Origin: a virus
Length of the DNA stretch: 64,000 nucleotides
IMG/VR virus record: IMGVR_UViG_3300048672_000219
Location: 1-64,000 of that record
Reading direction: 5' to 3' (one strand)
Below the pieces are notes generated by a model. It searched no databases and was not told the DNA's origin. It was given only the letters and a program-made list of their open reading frames with translations. The position numbers were made by a program, and so were the translations under genes. How positions within the stretch are numbered: position 1 is the stretch's first letter; each line of letters starts with the position of its first letter. Positions 42,544-52,775 of the stretch are shown here, one piece after another.

Positions 42544-45500
42544 TCTATTGCATTATAAATACAACGCCCGCTCTCGCCTTAGAGCTGCTCCTAAGTGGAC
42601 ACGCTATGAATTAATTATAATCCCACTTCCTGAATCCAGCAAGCCCTATTTTGCTCATGCCACAAATAAACAACAAAATAAATTTTGTGGCGAATATGCA
42701 CAAAACGCTTGCTTAATTTTCTGAAGGGGCTATAATTACTTACATCAACAACGCAACCGGAGAAAATCAAATGTCCAATCTTACTAAAGCCGCTTACCTG
42801 AAAGCACGTCGTTGCGTGCTGCTGTCGAGCATCGCTGACCGTATCTGTGACGATCTGCCATACGGCAACCAAATGCAAGAGTTAGACAAAGTGGAAATGG
42901 CTATCAAGGCGCTCGGCTTTGATCCTCTCAAACCTCTGTAATAGGCGACAAAATGAAACTCAACAGTGAACAATATAAAACCATGTGCGCAGAATTCCGC
43001 AAGACATGCGGATATGCAAACAATCTGATACAGGCCACACAATACGCCTTCGGCAGTGTCGATAACGTGTTGGCCTACTACCCAAAAGGGCTGGTTATCT
43101 TTGCTAACGGAGAGCGCTGGATACACAATCTTAACTGGAATCATGGCCGATTCTATCGTGTAGATATTCGCTCGGATGAATTCAAGAAATCAACGGAGAA
43201 ATAATTATGGACATCACACAAACCAAAGCATACAAGGCAGGCTGGCAAGACTTTATGACAGGCCAACAATTGTCCCGCAAGGGGACTAGCAGCTCTACGC
43301 TGCAATTCGCCAATCGTTACATGTGGGCAGCGAATGCACATGATTTTAACAATTGTAGCCGTAAGGCTACTAATTCGCTTTAGCGAATAATTGGCTTGAT
43401 GGCTGGACGGCAGCGGCTAATGTTGGCAAGCAAGAAGCCGATATTATTAATGTTAAACTGTGAGGGAATGATATGAGCGTAAAGAAACACTCTAGCGGCC
43501 TATGGACTGTGCAACAATCTAACGGGCTTGTAATGTTTAAGAGCTTGTCGCGTAAGACGTGCAGCGAGTGGCTACGGCGCTATAATGGGGAAGATGAAGA
43601 AATTTATTAAATAAACGCTTGACAAGCCACACAGAAACGATTATTCTACATACATGGGCTGACGCAACAGTGCAAAGCCAAAACAAAACGGAGCTTTCCA
43701 AATGAACATGACCAAAACTCAAGCAAACAAAATCGTTCAAGACCTGTTTAACAAAATTCCTAACATCTATCACGGCTACCGCTACATTGCCGACAAAATG
43801 TATGACATGGAATTGAAAGCAGAAAAAGAGCATCGCAAGAGTCGTGATTCTGTAAAGGGTTTTAGTGTTGGACAAGCTGCAAAGTATTTCACTGTCAAAC
43901 ATTTGATTGAAGGCAAAACTTCGGCATACAATGTAGAAGCAATTCTAGACATTCGCCATGAATGCCTGATTGCTCAAGCATACGCCACCCGATATGCTGC
44001 CGAATTGGCTGATTGGTTTGCGCTGGTAGAATCCAGTGAGTTTAACAAGATTGATTATTCCGATATGATGGAATAATTATTTTCTGGAGCATCTTTACTT
44101 TCTGTAGGATGCTCTGTAAAATAATCAACGAAGCACATTAAAGGAAACTTTAAAATGAAACGTCCTGTCACTCACTCGCGTTCGCCAGAGCGCATCACTG
44201 TTAATCGCTGGTTCCAGAAAACCTATGGCAATACGTATTTTAGCGCCTATGTAGAATTTGATGATGGCTCTAGCGAATGCCTGATTAAATTTGAATACGG
44301 ATACGGCGATCATGGCTTATATCAAGCACTGAAGGCATTGGACAAACAAGGGTATATTACTTTGCCAAATCGCCATTCTAACGGCATGGAAAGCTATAAT
44401 GCAACAATTTACTTGCGTGAAGTGATGAAATGCGAGTACACTATCAATGACGTGCAACGTAAAAAGGATATGTAAATGAAATTCTTTAAGCGGTTGTTTT
44501 CCCGCCACAAACACGAATTCTCTAATTGGCAATTCGTCAAAGCGATGTATAATGACATTGGGCAAGTGAAATATGTACAGATGAGAGCTTGCAAAACTTG
44601 CAAATTTGTCGAGATTCACATACAGGAGAAATAAGTCATGAAACAGTCAATTATCGGAATTCCTGCTACAATCACTATAGAGCCGACTGTCTACGGCGAG
44701 GAATTCGTTTATTGGAAGCTGGAAGATAGTGAGATGATTGCATGTCATGCTTTAATAGGCTATTATGCCAGCAAAGAAGAAGCAACGAAGGCGGCAAGAG
44801 AGTATTACAATGTATTCGGTGCATTAAAAGGAATGTAACATGAGATATAATATTACACGGGTCAGGCCAGAAGTCTATTCCATTGCTTACTATGACTGGT
44901 GCGGCGGGTGGGTTTTGTATATCGGGGATTTGCCAAATATAGACAAACCTATCTACAACACGAAAGAGGAAGCAGAACGGGCAGCTTATGAGCATTACAA
45001 CAATTCTCTGGAGAAATGATTATGTCTTGGAAAGTAATACATTGCGACGATCGCCCATTCAGAATTAAAATTGCAGATGAGAAAGATAACTCCATTCTCG
45101 TTTTAGATATGCCTGCCTATTCCTCAACTAGCAATAGTGTATTTGATGTGATGAACGGGAAAGGATTTAAAGGAGAAGAAAAAGAGAAAGCAAAAGAGCT
45201 TAATAAGAAACAGATTGAATTGGCTTGTTTGCTAGCTGCTGCACCTGAACTGCTGGCAACTTTACAGGAAATAGCCGACGGTGTATTTTGTGACTTGCGA
45301 AGTGTGGAAGAATACGCAGCCCGATCACTTCAGAAAGTAACTGATTCTATTGCAAAAGCTAAAGGAGATTGCTAGAATGAGCCAACAAGAACATAAGGCA
45401 TGGTATGAGCAACATATCGCATGGCTAAAGGCTTTTCGGGAATATAAGGAAAGCTTATTTAAGGCAAATTCACAGGATGGGCAAAAGGAGAGTAAATAAT

Positions 45501-47320
45501 GGAAATTTCAAAGTATTTTGACAAAAACGGCTCTTGCCCTAGTTTAGGTGATCCGTACCGAGAGCAAACAGAAACAGCTAAACTGATTTTTGATGAGGAC
45601 GGAGACGTTAGATATAATGTCTATTTTGACTTAGTAACATTCTGTCAAAACAACCCTGTAAAGCCATTTTCCGATGCTGTGCGCATTGTCATGGCGCAAG
45701 AGATGGGAGGAAATACAAAAGGAAGTTATCCTGCCATTTACATGTGGCGATGACATAGCGCCTAGAAAGCCTTTAAACGGGTTTCTCGCTAACGCTCGCC
45801 CTAACGGGTTTTCTAGGCGTTTGGCTACGGTGCCTCATAATTTCTACGTTATGAGCTTGTAGGGTGCTTAAAATCGTTCCTAGCCACGTTTAAAGCGAAA
45901 TAATCGGGTAGACATAGCAGGCCAGCAAAGAAACAACACAAATTTACACAAAAGCCTTGCAATTTCCCGAAGAGGCGGGTATATTGGACACATTGTCACT
46001 GTTTAGAACAAAGGAGAAAATTATGTCAAAATATAAGGTAGAAAAACTCGATACCCAAGCAACGGAAAGCGGGTATTGGTGGGTGATTTGGTTCCACAAT
46101 CATGATGTTGTATTTTGGTCAGAAGATGCGGCAAATGAAGCTTGCGAGGCTTTGAATGCTTATGCTAACATCAAGAAATTGAAGCGTAAAGCAAAAGACT
46201 TGGCAGCATCTCTAGAAGTATTTAACGAAGAGTAATTTCTAAGGAGAAACACAAAATGAAAGCCACTGTAAAACGTAATGACGAGCAAAGCAACATTTTC
46301 AAACAGGCTGAAATTGGTGATTCATAAATCCGGCTATCTAGTTTTAGTGACTAAGGATGCACAGGAGCATGAATCTATCTTTGAGGGTGTGCAAATTGAT
46401 GGTGCTTATGACAATGGGACATTTATGCCAGATTGGTACAAAGCAAATTTCTCCCTGTTTAGTGATAGTGTTTTGCTGGAGCAATAGGGTATGAATCATA
46501 GATTTGCCAATCTCCCACAACAAGACGTAATAGCACATCTCAAGAAAACTATTGCTGGTCTTGAGAGTGGGTTGTTTACAATGTATTATTGTGGAATAGA
46601 AATTGATGAGGAAAAGCCCCGTATGCTCGGGCCTGATGCAAGATATGGATATGCTAAGGCTGACAGTAGGGCAGTTAAATGGGAATTGTGTATTGTTGAG
46701 AGGATGGAATAATGACAACGATTAGGATTCGCTTACGCTTATCCTACGCTCTGGGGCCGCGTAGGCCCTTCTTTCGTAGCCTTCGGCTTCGTTGCACACA
46801 AATAACTATGTAAGGCGCTAAAGGCTTTGCACACAAACAAGAAGATACAGTTATACTATATGGGATCGTGTGGCGCTTGCGTAGCAAGATCTCACACAGG
46901 GTTATATGTTTCATTCAGTGCGGGACATTGCCGCGTAAGCCACTCGAAGCACGCTAGTGCTGAGAGTGAGGCAATAGATTATTGGTTGCACCAACAAGCT
47001 GCAAGGTTGTATATTCGACCGATAGGGAGAATAAAATCATTACATTGTATAGGTCTTGTTTAGTGGCTAGCGTTAGCAAGACACACAAACAGTTTCTATA
47101 CAATCGCTAGCTGTTTACTTTAGTTGCTTAAAGTCAAAACCTTGCTACGTTTGTTGGTTAATAAGTAATTAAATAAAGGCTAGTCATAAGGCTGGTGGTT
47201 TTCTTAGTTCTACTGCATTCGCACTAACGTGCTCACAAAAGCTGTAAGGCATTTAGTTGTCTTATAGCTTTTATCTATTAGTTCTATTGTTTTAATAGTT
47301 ATAATTATTGCCTTAAACTA

Positions 47321-47349
47321 TTGACAATACTACACTATCGTGCTATAAT
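47321..47349 (+). promoter_or_regulatory. sigma70 promoter
   Basis: TTGACA-N17-TATAAT with extended -10 TGn. Confidence 0.85.
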
Positions 47350-47382
47350 TCTGTTACGTGAAACCACTATAAGAGGTAATTA

Positions 47383-47595
47383 ATGACTAAATTTAACTGG
47401 CAAATGTCTACTGTACAATCTCTAGCAGAACACATTTTCAATAGTCCGAAGGAATCTATACGGCAACAGGAAAACTACTATAAAGCATCCGGTAATGATG
47501 TTATGCTTGATAGGATCACTAAGGCTAAAAAGCTTGTTTTGCTGTGGAACTTGGAGAAGCAGCTAGAAACACTTAGAAAGGAAATGTATGAGTGA
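47383..47595 (+). CDS. Small helical protein, paralog C
   Basis: GAGG RBS; aligns without gaps to paralog A (TV..LA..I..S...I.QQ..Y....G.D.....I..A...V....L...LETL). Confidence 0.75.
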   Translation: MTKFNWQMSTVQSLAEHIFNSPKESIRQQENYYKASGNDVMLDRITKAKKLVLLWNLEKQLETLRKEMYE

Positions 47596-48283
47596 AGATG
47601 ACGTAACGGCTTCAGATACAATTTGTTTTATGCTGCTTGATGGAGAAGTAACTAAGTGTAAATTAGATTTAGATACAGGTGAATGGGTAAAAGTAAGACC
47701 ATATCACAAAAAGAAATACAAGATTAAAGCTAAACAAGATGATGGTACAGAGACTATCTATAGCTGGAGTGTTGACCCTATAGACATAGAGCAAGCATCA
47801 AGAGATGAAGAGATTAGAGACTTAAATATATCTACTGAAACTAGAGGGAGAAAACCAAAGGTGTACGATAATTCTTATGTGAAAAGTATGTTATCCCCTT
47901 GTCAAACTTATGATAGTGCAAATAAGACATTTCCTTTCTTTGATGAAATTTTAGTTTCTGTTGCTAACTTGCATGATGGTAACAAGCCTTTAAGTGTTGG
48001 TCTATTGTTTAAGCTTTTAGTGTTACTTGATAATGTTAGCACTGATACTGTGCAACGTGTATCTAATAAGTCCGAGAGATACAGCCGTACTCTTTCTACT
48101 GCTGTACAGATTGCCTCTAGGCAGCTTTCAAAGAAGCTTGAGGGCTTTGTATTTGAGTACGCCGATGGAGAGTTGCCCACTATTGACAAAGAGCAATTGT
48201 TGATAGATAGAAAAGAATATATTGGTTGGTTCAAAGGTCAACAGGCAAAGGGTATGTACGAGGGCTTTTCTGTACCTAAGTAA
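47588..48283 (+). CDS. Hypothetical protein, possibly DNA-binding
   Basis: Overlaps paralog C; RGRKPK motif and HTH-like VSTDTVQRVSNKSERYSRTL. Confidence 0.55.
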   Translation: MSEDDVTASDTICFMLLDGEVTKCKLDLDTGEWVKVRPYHKKKYKIKAKQDDGTETIYSWSVDPIDIEQASRDEEIRDLNISTETRGRKPKVYDNSYVKSMLSPCQTYDSANKTFPFFDEILVSVANLHDGNKPLSVGLLFKLLVLLDNVSTDTVQRVSNKSERYSRTLSTAVQIASRQLSKKLEGFVFEYADGELPTIDKEQLLIDRKEYIGWFKGQQAKGMYEGFSVPK

Positions 48284-48295
48284 TATTCTCTACTA

Positions 48296-48364
48296 ATAGA
48301 AGCCGAAATAAATTGTTGTTTATGTGCAACGTTTAAATTGTCTTTATATAGAAGCCGAAATAAA
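48296..48364 (+). repeat. 17-bp direct repeat, two copies
   Basis: ATAGAAGCCGAAATAAA at 48296 and 48348. Confidence 0.85.
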
Positions 48365-48410
48365 CAACCGTCCTAGAGGCGGTTTGTGCATTGTGAAAGG
48401 ATTGTGTTGT

Positions 48411-49112
48411 ATGAATGAGCATTATGTGTATATGGTAAAACTCGGTGATGAGGTTGTGTACGTCGGAAGTGGAAAAGGTGATAGGTACAAGCATGTAACC
48501 AGCGGTAGAAGTCACAACGAATCTTTGAACTTATTACATAGGCAAGGTATTGCTGTTGTGCAAGAGTTTGAATATGAGGGCTTAACTGAGATGACAGCTA
48601 GAGTGCTAGAGCAAGAGTTAATCGACAAGTACAAACCTCTGTACAATAAAGGTAAGGCAGCGAACGAGGAAAAGAAAGCTTTACACAAAGAACTTAGTGA
48701 CGAACTTAAAAGAATCCGTGAGAGTGCCCAGCCTACGGAGTATGCCAGATACATGGCTAAAGCTTTGTTTGCATTGTGGAAAGCTACCGGAAACTATCAT
48801 ATCTTGCAAGCATCTTTCGCAGTATCAAGAGCTAACCCAGATTCTAAGATAGTGATTACCCAGAATGAGCTATCAGAGTTTGTCAGCAAGTATCAAAATC
48901 AATTCAAAGACAAGATGTTCTTTATGCAATGTAAATCCTCTGTCGGTCAAGAAGTTTCTTATATAACAAGTGTGGATGAAATCTTAGATGAGATCAATAG
49001 AGAAGAATCAGCGCAAATAAACTTTATGCACAGACAAGCAAAGAATTTTAACGATTTTGTGCGGTTACAAAATAAAGCTTTGTCTTTGCGCGGGCAGGGT
49101 GTACTATTCTAA
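48411..49112 (+). CDS. GIY-YIG nuclease domain protein (N-terminal domain)
   Basis: HYVYMVK...VVYVGSGKGDRYKH...GRSHN..LN...LEQELI....PLYN, closely similar to the C-terminal domain of 38306-39361; start taken as the ATG after AAGGA. Confidence 0.75.
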   Translation: MNEHYVYMVKLGDEVVYVGSGKGDRYKHVTSGRSHNESLNLLHRQGIAVVQEFEYEGLTEMTARVLEQELIDKYKPLYNKGKAANEEKKALHKELSDELKRIRESAQPTEYARYMAKALFALWKATGNYHILQASFAVSRANPDSKIVITQNELSEFVSKYQNQFKDKMFFMQCKSSVGQEVSYITSVDEILDEINREESAQINFMHRQAKNFNDFVRLQNKALSLRGQGVLF

Positions 49113-49647
49113 GTATGCTTAACTTTTAAAGGAGAAACACAATGCAAATAATGCTAAATGACGAGCAAGCCGACCAGTTCATGGCTCAAATGCTAATGAA
49201 TGATTACCAGTCAATCAAGAATGGCGAGTGGTCGGAAGATTGCAAGCGCTTCCTACCAGCATACGAACTGTTGTTCGAGTCCTATCTAACTCAAAAGCAG
49301 ATATGGGAAATTAAACAATGATTATCGGCAAAACAGATCAACAGATACACGAAGCCCGTCAGAAACGATTAGAGCGCTTATACAAGCAAGATAAGCGGGT
49401 GTTCCTATGGTGGCCTAGAAAGCTAATAGACGGGCGTATAGCGTGGCTAGAATGGGCTGAGAAAGACTACATGGTGATTGAAAATGCCTAGATTAGCTGT
49501 GCAGCTAATAAGCCCATAATAGCTAATGCACGCTGTTGCTAAAATGAGACAGACAACTAATTTGTATGTTTTGTGCAAATAGGGCTTGCATTCTGCTCTG
49601 ATCGGTGTAGAATAGAACTTATTCGATAACGCAACGGAGCAAATATT

Positions 49648-49800
49648 ATGAGTGCATGGAATTTGGGTTACAAGGAAGCAATGAATGATTGTGGATCAAT
49701 CTACAACAATCCTTTCAAGTACGGTGAAAGTGGCTATGCTGATTGGATAGCAGGCTATGAAGCACGAATTATTGAAGAAACCGAACGGATGGGTGCATAA
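49648..49800 (+). CDS. 50-aa Rmf-like protein (below the ORF-track cutoff)
   Basis: MSAWNLGYKEAMNDCGSIYNNPFKYGESGYADWIAGYEA...; GGAG RBS; promoter just upstream. Confidence 0.5.
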   Translation: MSAWNLGYKEAMNDCGSIYNNPFKYGESGYADWIAGYEARIIEETERMGA

Positions 49801-49980
49801 TTATGAAAACCTTCTCTTTCGATACCTTCGCAGCTAACGGCAAATTCCTGAAAGTGGTTCGCGTAGAAGCCGCTCTCCGTTCGGAAGCTAAAGCAATTGC
49901 AGGGGCAATGGACGGTGTTGCTAAGGCTGTATGCACTAGCGTTGCTTAATGAGTTACAGGCCACAAGCGGGACATGTGAC

Positions 49981-50006
49981 GCCACCTTCGGGTGGCTTTG
50001 TTGTTT
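49981..50006 (+). terminator. Intrinsic terminator at the end of the early genes
   Basis: GCCACC-TTCG-GGTGGC-TTTGTTGTTT. Confidence 0.8.
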
Positions 50007-50024
50007 GTGCGGTATGTATCTAAA

Positions 50025-50110
50025 TAAGAACTATTCTCATCTACTATCAGTATTCTATATGAGAATCATTCTCAATACGCTGCTGTAATCCTTAATAAGA
50101 ACTATTCTCA
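50025..50110. promoter_or_regulatory. Three Fur-box-like sites
   Basis: TAAGAACTATTCTCA (50025), TGAGAATCATTCTCA (50060, perfect 7-1-7 palindrome), TAAGAACTATTCTCA (50096). Confidence 0.6.
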
Positions 50111-50824
50111 ATTGGCAGTCTGTTACACATCCACTCGCCTCCCTTCTTACCTTCCCCGATCTGTCCTCCAAAAGTCATCTCGACAATGCCTCTTCGCCAG
50201 TGCCAGAATCCTTATTTAGAATGAACGTTCAGTCTTAGTAGACCAGTCGTCTACAACAAGCCAGCAATTATCCGCAGCGAACATACGAGCATAGCGAGTA
50301 GACCCTTGCCAATGACAGATTTCCAGCAGCATGGGAACGTGGATAGGAAGCGAATACAAGCCGCTGGTGAGGATTTTGCAGAGGTGGCAATGGGGGTGGT
50401 AGCGTGGAGGGTGGATAGGGGCTGTAACGGCTCATTTTCAGGAAGCCGAGATATCATGCTGGTGAATGGGGAATTGAGTGTAAAAAGGCGCTAAAGTGAA
50501 AATCCTTATCAACGATTGGCCTTTAGATGTAGCGGGTTTGCGACAGAAATACCCTATCAAAAGTGATTTTGAGGGCAATATCAAATATTTTGTTGACAGA
50601 GTGATCGGGATGTGGTATGATAGGGGCGTGGTTACACAACACTCGCGTTACTGGCTCATTAGATATTCTTATCAAACATACAATAAATATTTGCCATAAA
50701 GTGACTTCCAGAAAAAATTATTTTTAAAAATTTGAGAAAATATTTTAGAAAACTCTTGCGCATAAAATAGCAGTGATATATAATGTCTATATTAGTTGGA
50801 AATTATTCTGCAAAGGAGGATGAA

Positions 50825-51484
50825 ATGAAGAAACTTATAGGCTACTGTAGGGTCTCCACGGAACGTCAATCGAACGTCCGAAACGGTCTTTTAGCGCAGC
50901 GAGAAGAGATTTTAAGGTTCGCAAAGACGCACGGATACGAGGTCATAAGTATCGTTGAAGAGTCAATTTCGGGTAAATATGGTCTGGAATACCGCCCTAT
51001 TTTGTCCGAAGCAATTGAACAAGCAAACAAGATTGGAGCAACAATTGTTGTCTCAAAACTTGATCGTTTTAGCCGTGATGCTTTGTTCGTAATGCAGCTT
51101 ATGAAAACGAAATTGAAGTTTGTTGTGGCAGAGTTGGGAGAGGAAATCACGCCGTTCATGTTGCATATTTATTGTGTCTGTGCAGAACAAGAACGGGTGG
51201 TTATTGGCAAACGTACAAAAGCCGGACTTGAGCAAGTAAAAGCCAAGGGTGTGGTTCTGGGCAATAAAAAGAATCTCGATGTTGCTGGAAAGAAAGGCGC
51301 AGTGGCTACAGCGGTGATGGCAGACAAGTTTGCAGACATTATGAAACCAATTGCAAAGCCTATGTTGGAGTCTGGTATGTCCCTTCGTGCTGTAGCAAAA
51401 GCACTAAATGATAAGGAAGTTAAAACTGCACGTGGTGGGGTGTGGACTGCTCAGACTGTAGCCAACATCCGGTCTCGGTGGTAA
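50825..51484 (+). CDS. Serine recombinase (resolvase catalytic domain plus short recombinase DNA-binding domain)
   Basis: GYCRVST..Q, E.ISG..RP.L, KLDRFSR, AEQER..I..RTKAGL, SLRAVAKALN...KTARGGVW. Confidence 0.92.
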   Translation: MKKLIGYCRVSTERQSNVRNGLLAQREEILRFAKTHGYEVISIVEESISGKYGLEYRPILSEAIEQANKIGATIVVSKLDRFSRDALFVMQLMKTKLKFVVAELGEEITPFMLHIYCVCAEQERVVIGKRTKAGLEQVKAKGVVLGNKKNLDVAGKKGAVATAVMADKFADIMKPIAKPMLESGMSLRAVAKALNDKEVKTARGGVWTAQTVANIRSRW

Positions 51485-51539
51485 TCAAGAAGCTACTCAA
51501 ATCTATTCGGTTTGGGTGGCTTTAATTTTAACCAGACTA

Positions 51540-52001
51540 TTAACTATTTAACAGTATGTCATCAATAGTCTTCAATGTATTTGAAACAGACTTAGCATAC
51601 CATTTCTTACCTCTGGCTGTTTTCACTTCCATCTCATTTAGGTAATCAGCTATTTCTCTATAGACCAAACCCATTTCACGCATTGGTATAAGATATAGTG
51701 ATACACTTTTTGCAAAATCTACTTTCTCTTTCTGTATCTGAGCATTTGCCAATTCTCTAGCTTTTTCTCCATGCAGAGAAATTTTAGGATTCGCCATACC
51801 GTGAAGTTTTCCTTGAGACTTAGCTCTTGCAAACCCTTCTTTAGTCAATTGCGCATGGTTGTCTCTTCGTTTCCATCCACCATCATGTACTTTGTTATGG
51901 CACTCACCACACAGAGGTATCGTCCTAGTCCCTCCCATACTTTTAGGAATTACATGGTGGTCTTCTGTAGCAGGTTTATCACATTCAAAACAATAGTTCA
52001 T
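51540..52001 (-). CDS. HNH nuclease fused to a serine-recombinase-like C-terminal DNA-binding region
   Basis: CFEC...HHVIPKSMGG...LCGECHNKVH, then TKEGFARAKSQG...YREIADYLN...KTARGKKW. Confidence 0.75.
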   Translation of the reverse strand: MNYCFECDKPATEDHHVIPKSMGGTRTIPLCGECHNKVHDGGWKRRDNHAQLTKEGFARAKSQGKLHGMANPKISLHGEKARELANAQIQKEKVDFAKSVSLYLIPMREMGLVYREIADYLNEMEVKTARGKKWYAKSVSNTLKTIDDILLNS

Positions 52002-52047
52002 ATTTCCCTTCCCATAAAAGAAAGGGAGCACAAAGGCTCCCTGTTGA

Positions 52048-52275
52048 TTACATTTTTCTTACTTTAGAAATCAAGTCTTGCAACTGAGCAATTACTTCTT
52101 TCTTGAATTCCACTTTAAACTCATCTCGTTTAATACTTCCTTTCTCTACATTCCGAAGCTCCTTAGAACACCATGCAACACTACAACCTAGTTGTTGGGA
52201 TATTTCTGCAAAGGACATGCCCTCTTGTCGCATTCGTTTTGCTTCCTCAATATCAAATTTTCGTACATTAGTCAT
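52048..52275 (-). CDS. Small HTH DNA-binding protein
   Basis: AKRMRQEGMSFAEISQQLGCSVAWCSKEL. Confidence 0.75.
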   Translation of the reverse strand: MTNVRKFDIEEAKRMRQEGMSFAEISQQLGCSVAWCSKELRNVEKGSIKRDEFKVEFKKEVIAQLQDLISKVRKM

Positions 52276-52302
52276 ATTACTCCTTTCGTGTAATTAACAG
52301 AT

Positions 52303-52331
52303 ATTATAGCACAAGAGTTCAGTTTTGTCAA
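52303..52331 (-). promoter_or_regulatory. sigma70 promoter for the HTH and HNH-fusion genes
   Basis: TTGACA-N17-TATAAT. Confidence 0.8.
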
Positions 52332-52627
52332 ATCTCCTCTACATATGTATCATCATTCTTTAGGATTCCTTTTGGATTATTATCAATCCAGATAATACCA
52401 TTCTTCCTATACCCATGCATCTTCAAGAATTTCTTCTTAGCCATACCAGAAGTGTAATAAACAAGGTTGTTAGGAAACTGGCGAACAACCACTTCAGCTT
52501 CATCCCCATGACGTGCTGTAACAACAATCAATGGTTGATCGTTCTCATTAGCAATCCTCACCACTTGCTCCCAGAATATAGGATTGTCCGTGTAAGTACC
52601 ATCATAGTCTAGTGCGATTGTTTTCAT
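52328..52627 (-). CDS. Minimal HAD-superfamily phosphatase
   Basis: IALDYDGT, VVTAR, KK, WIDN motifs. Confidence 0.75.
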   Translation of the reverse strand: MKTIALDYDGTYTDNPIFWEQVVRIANENDQPLIVVTARHGDEAEVVVRQFPNNLVYYTSGMAKKKFLKMHGYRKNGIIWIDNNPKGILKNDDTYVEEI

Positions 52628-52775
52628 CGTTGTTTCTCCTTTAATTGAAAATCGGCCACTTCTTTTAGTTGTCCCAACATCCTACTCATTTCAGCAGGAG
52701 TAGTGTTATGAATCCCCTCCAGCATAAGCTGCAATTTCTTCTTAAAGTAGTCGGCATCTAGCCCATACTCATTGT

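Larger units (their letters stand above)
39990..50700 (+). other. Early (host-takeover) region of roughly 30 small ORFs of unknown function
   Basis: Dense co-oriented 50-125 aa ORFs with AAGGA/GGAG RBS, separated by repeated TTG(A/C)NA-N16-17-TA(T/G)NNT promoters (near 40540, 41600, 42125, 43620, 45960, 49590) and terminators. Confidence 0.7.

Noticed and set aside
50825-51484. IS607 transposase or prophage integrase
   Set aside because: No N-terminal MerR-like HTH or TnpB partner, too short for a full large serine integrase, and no repressor or att context visible
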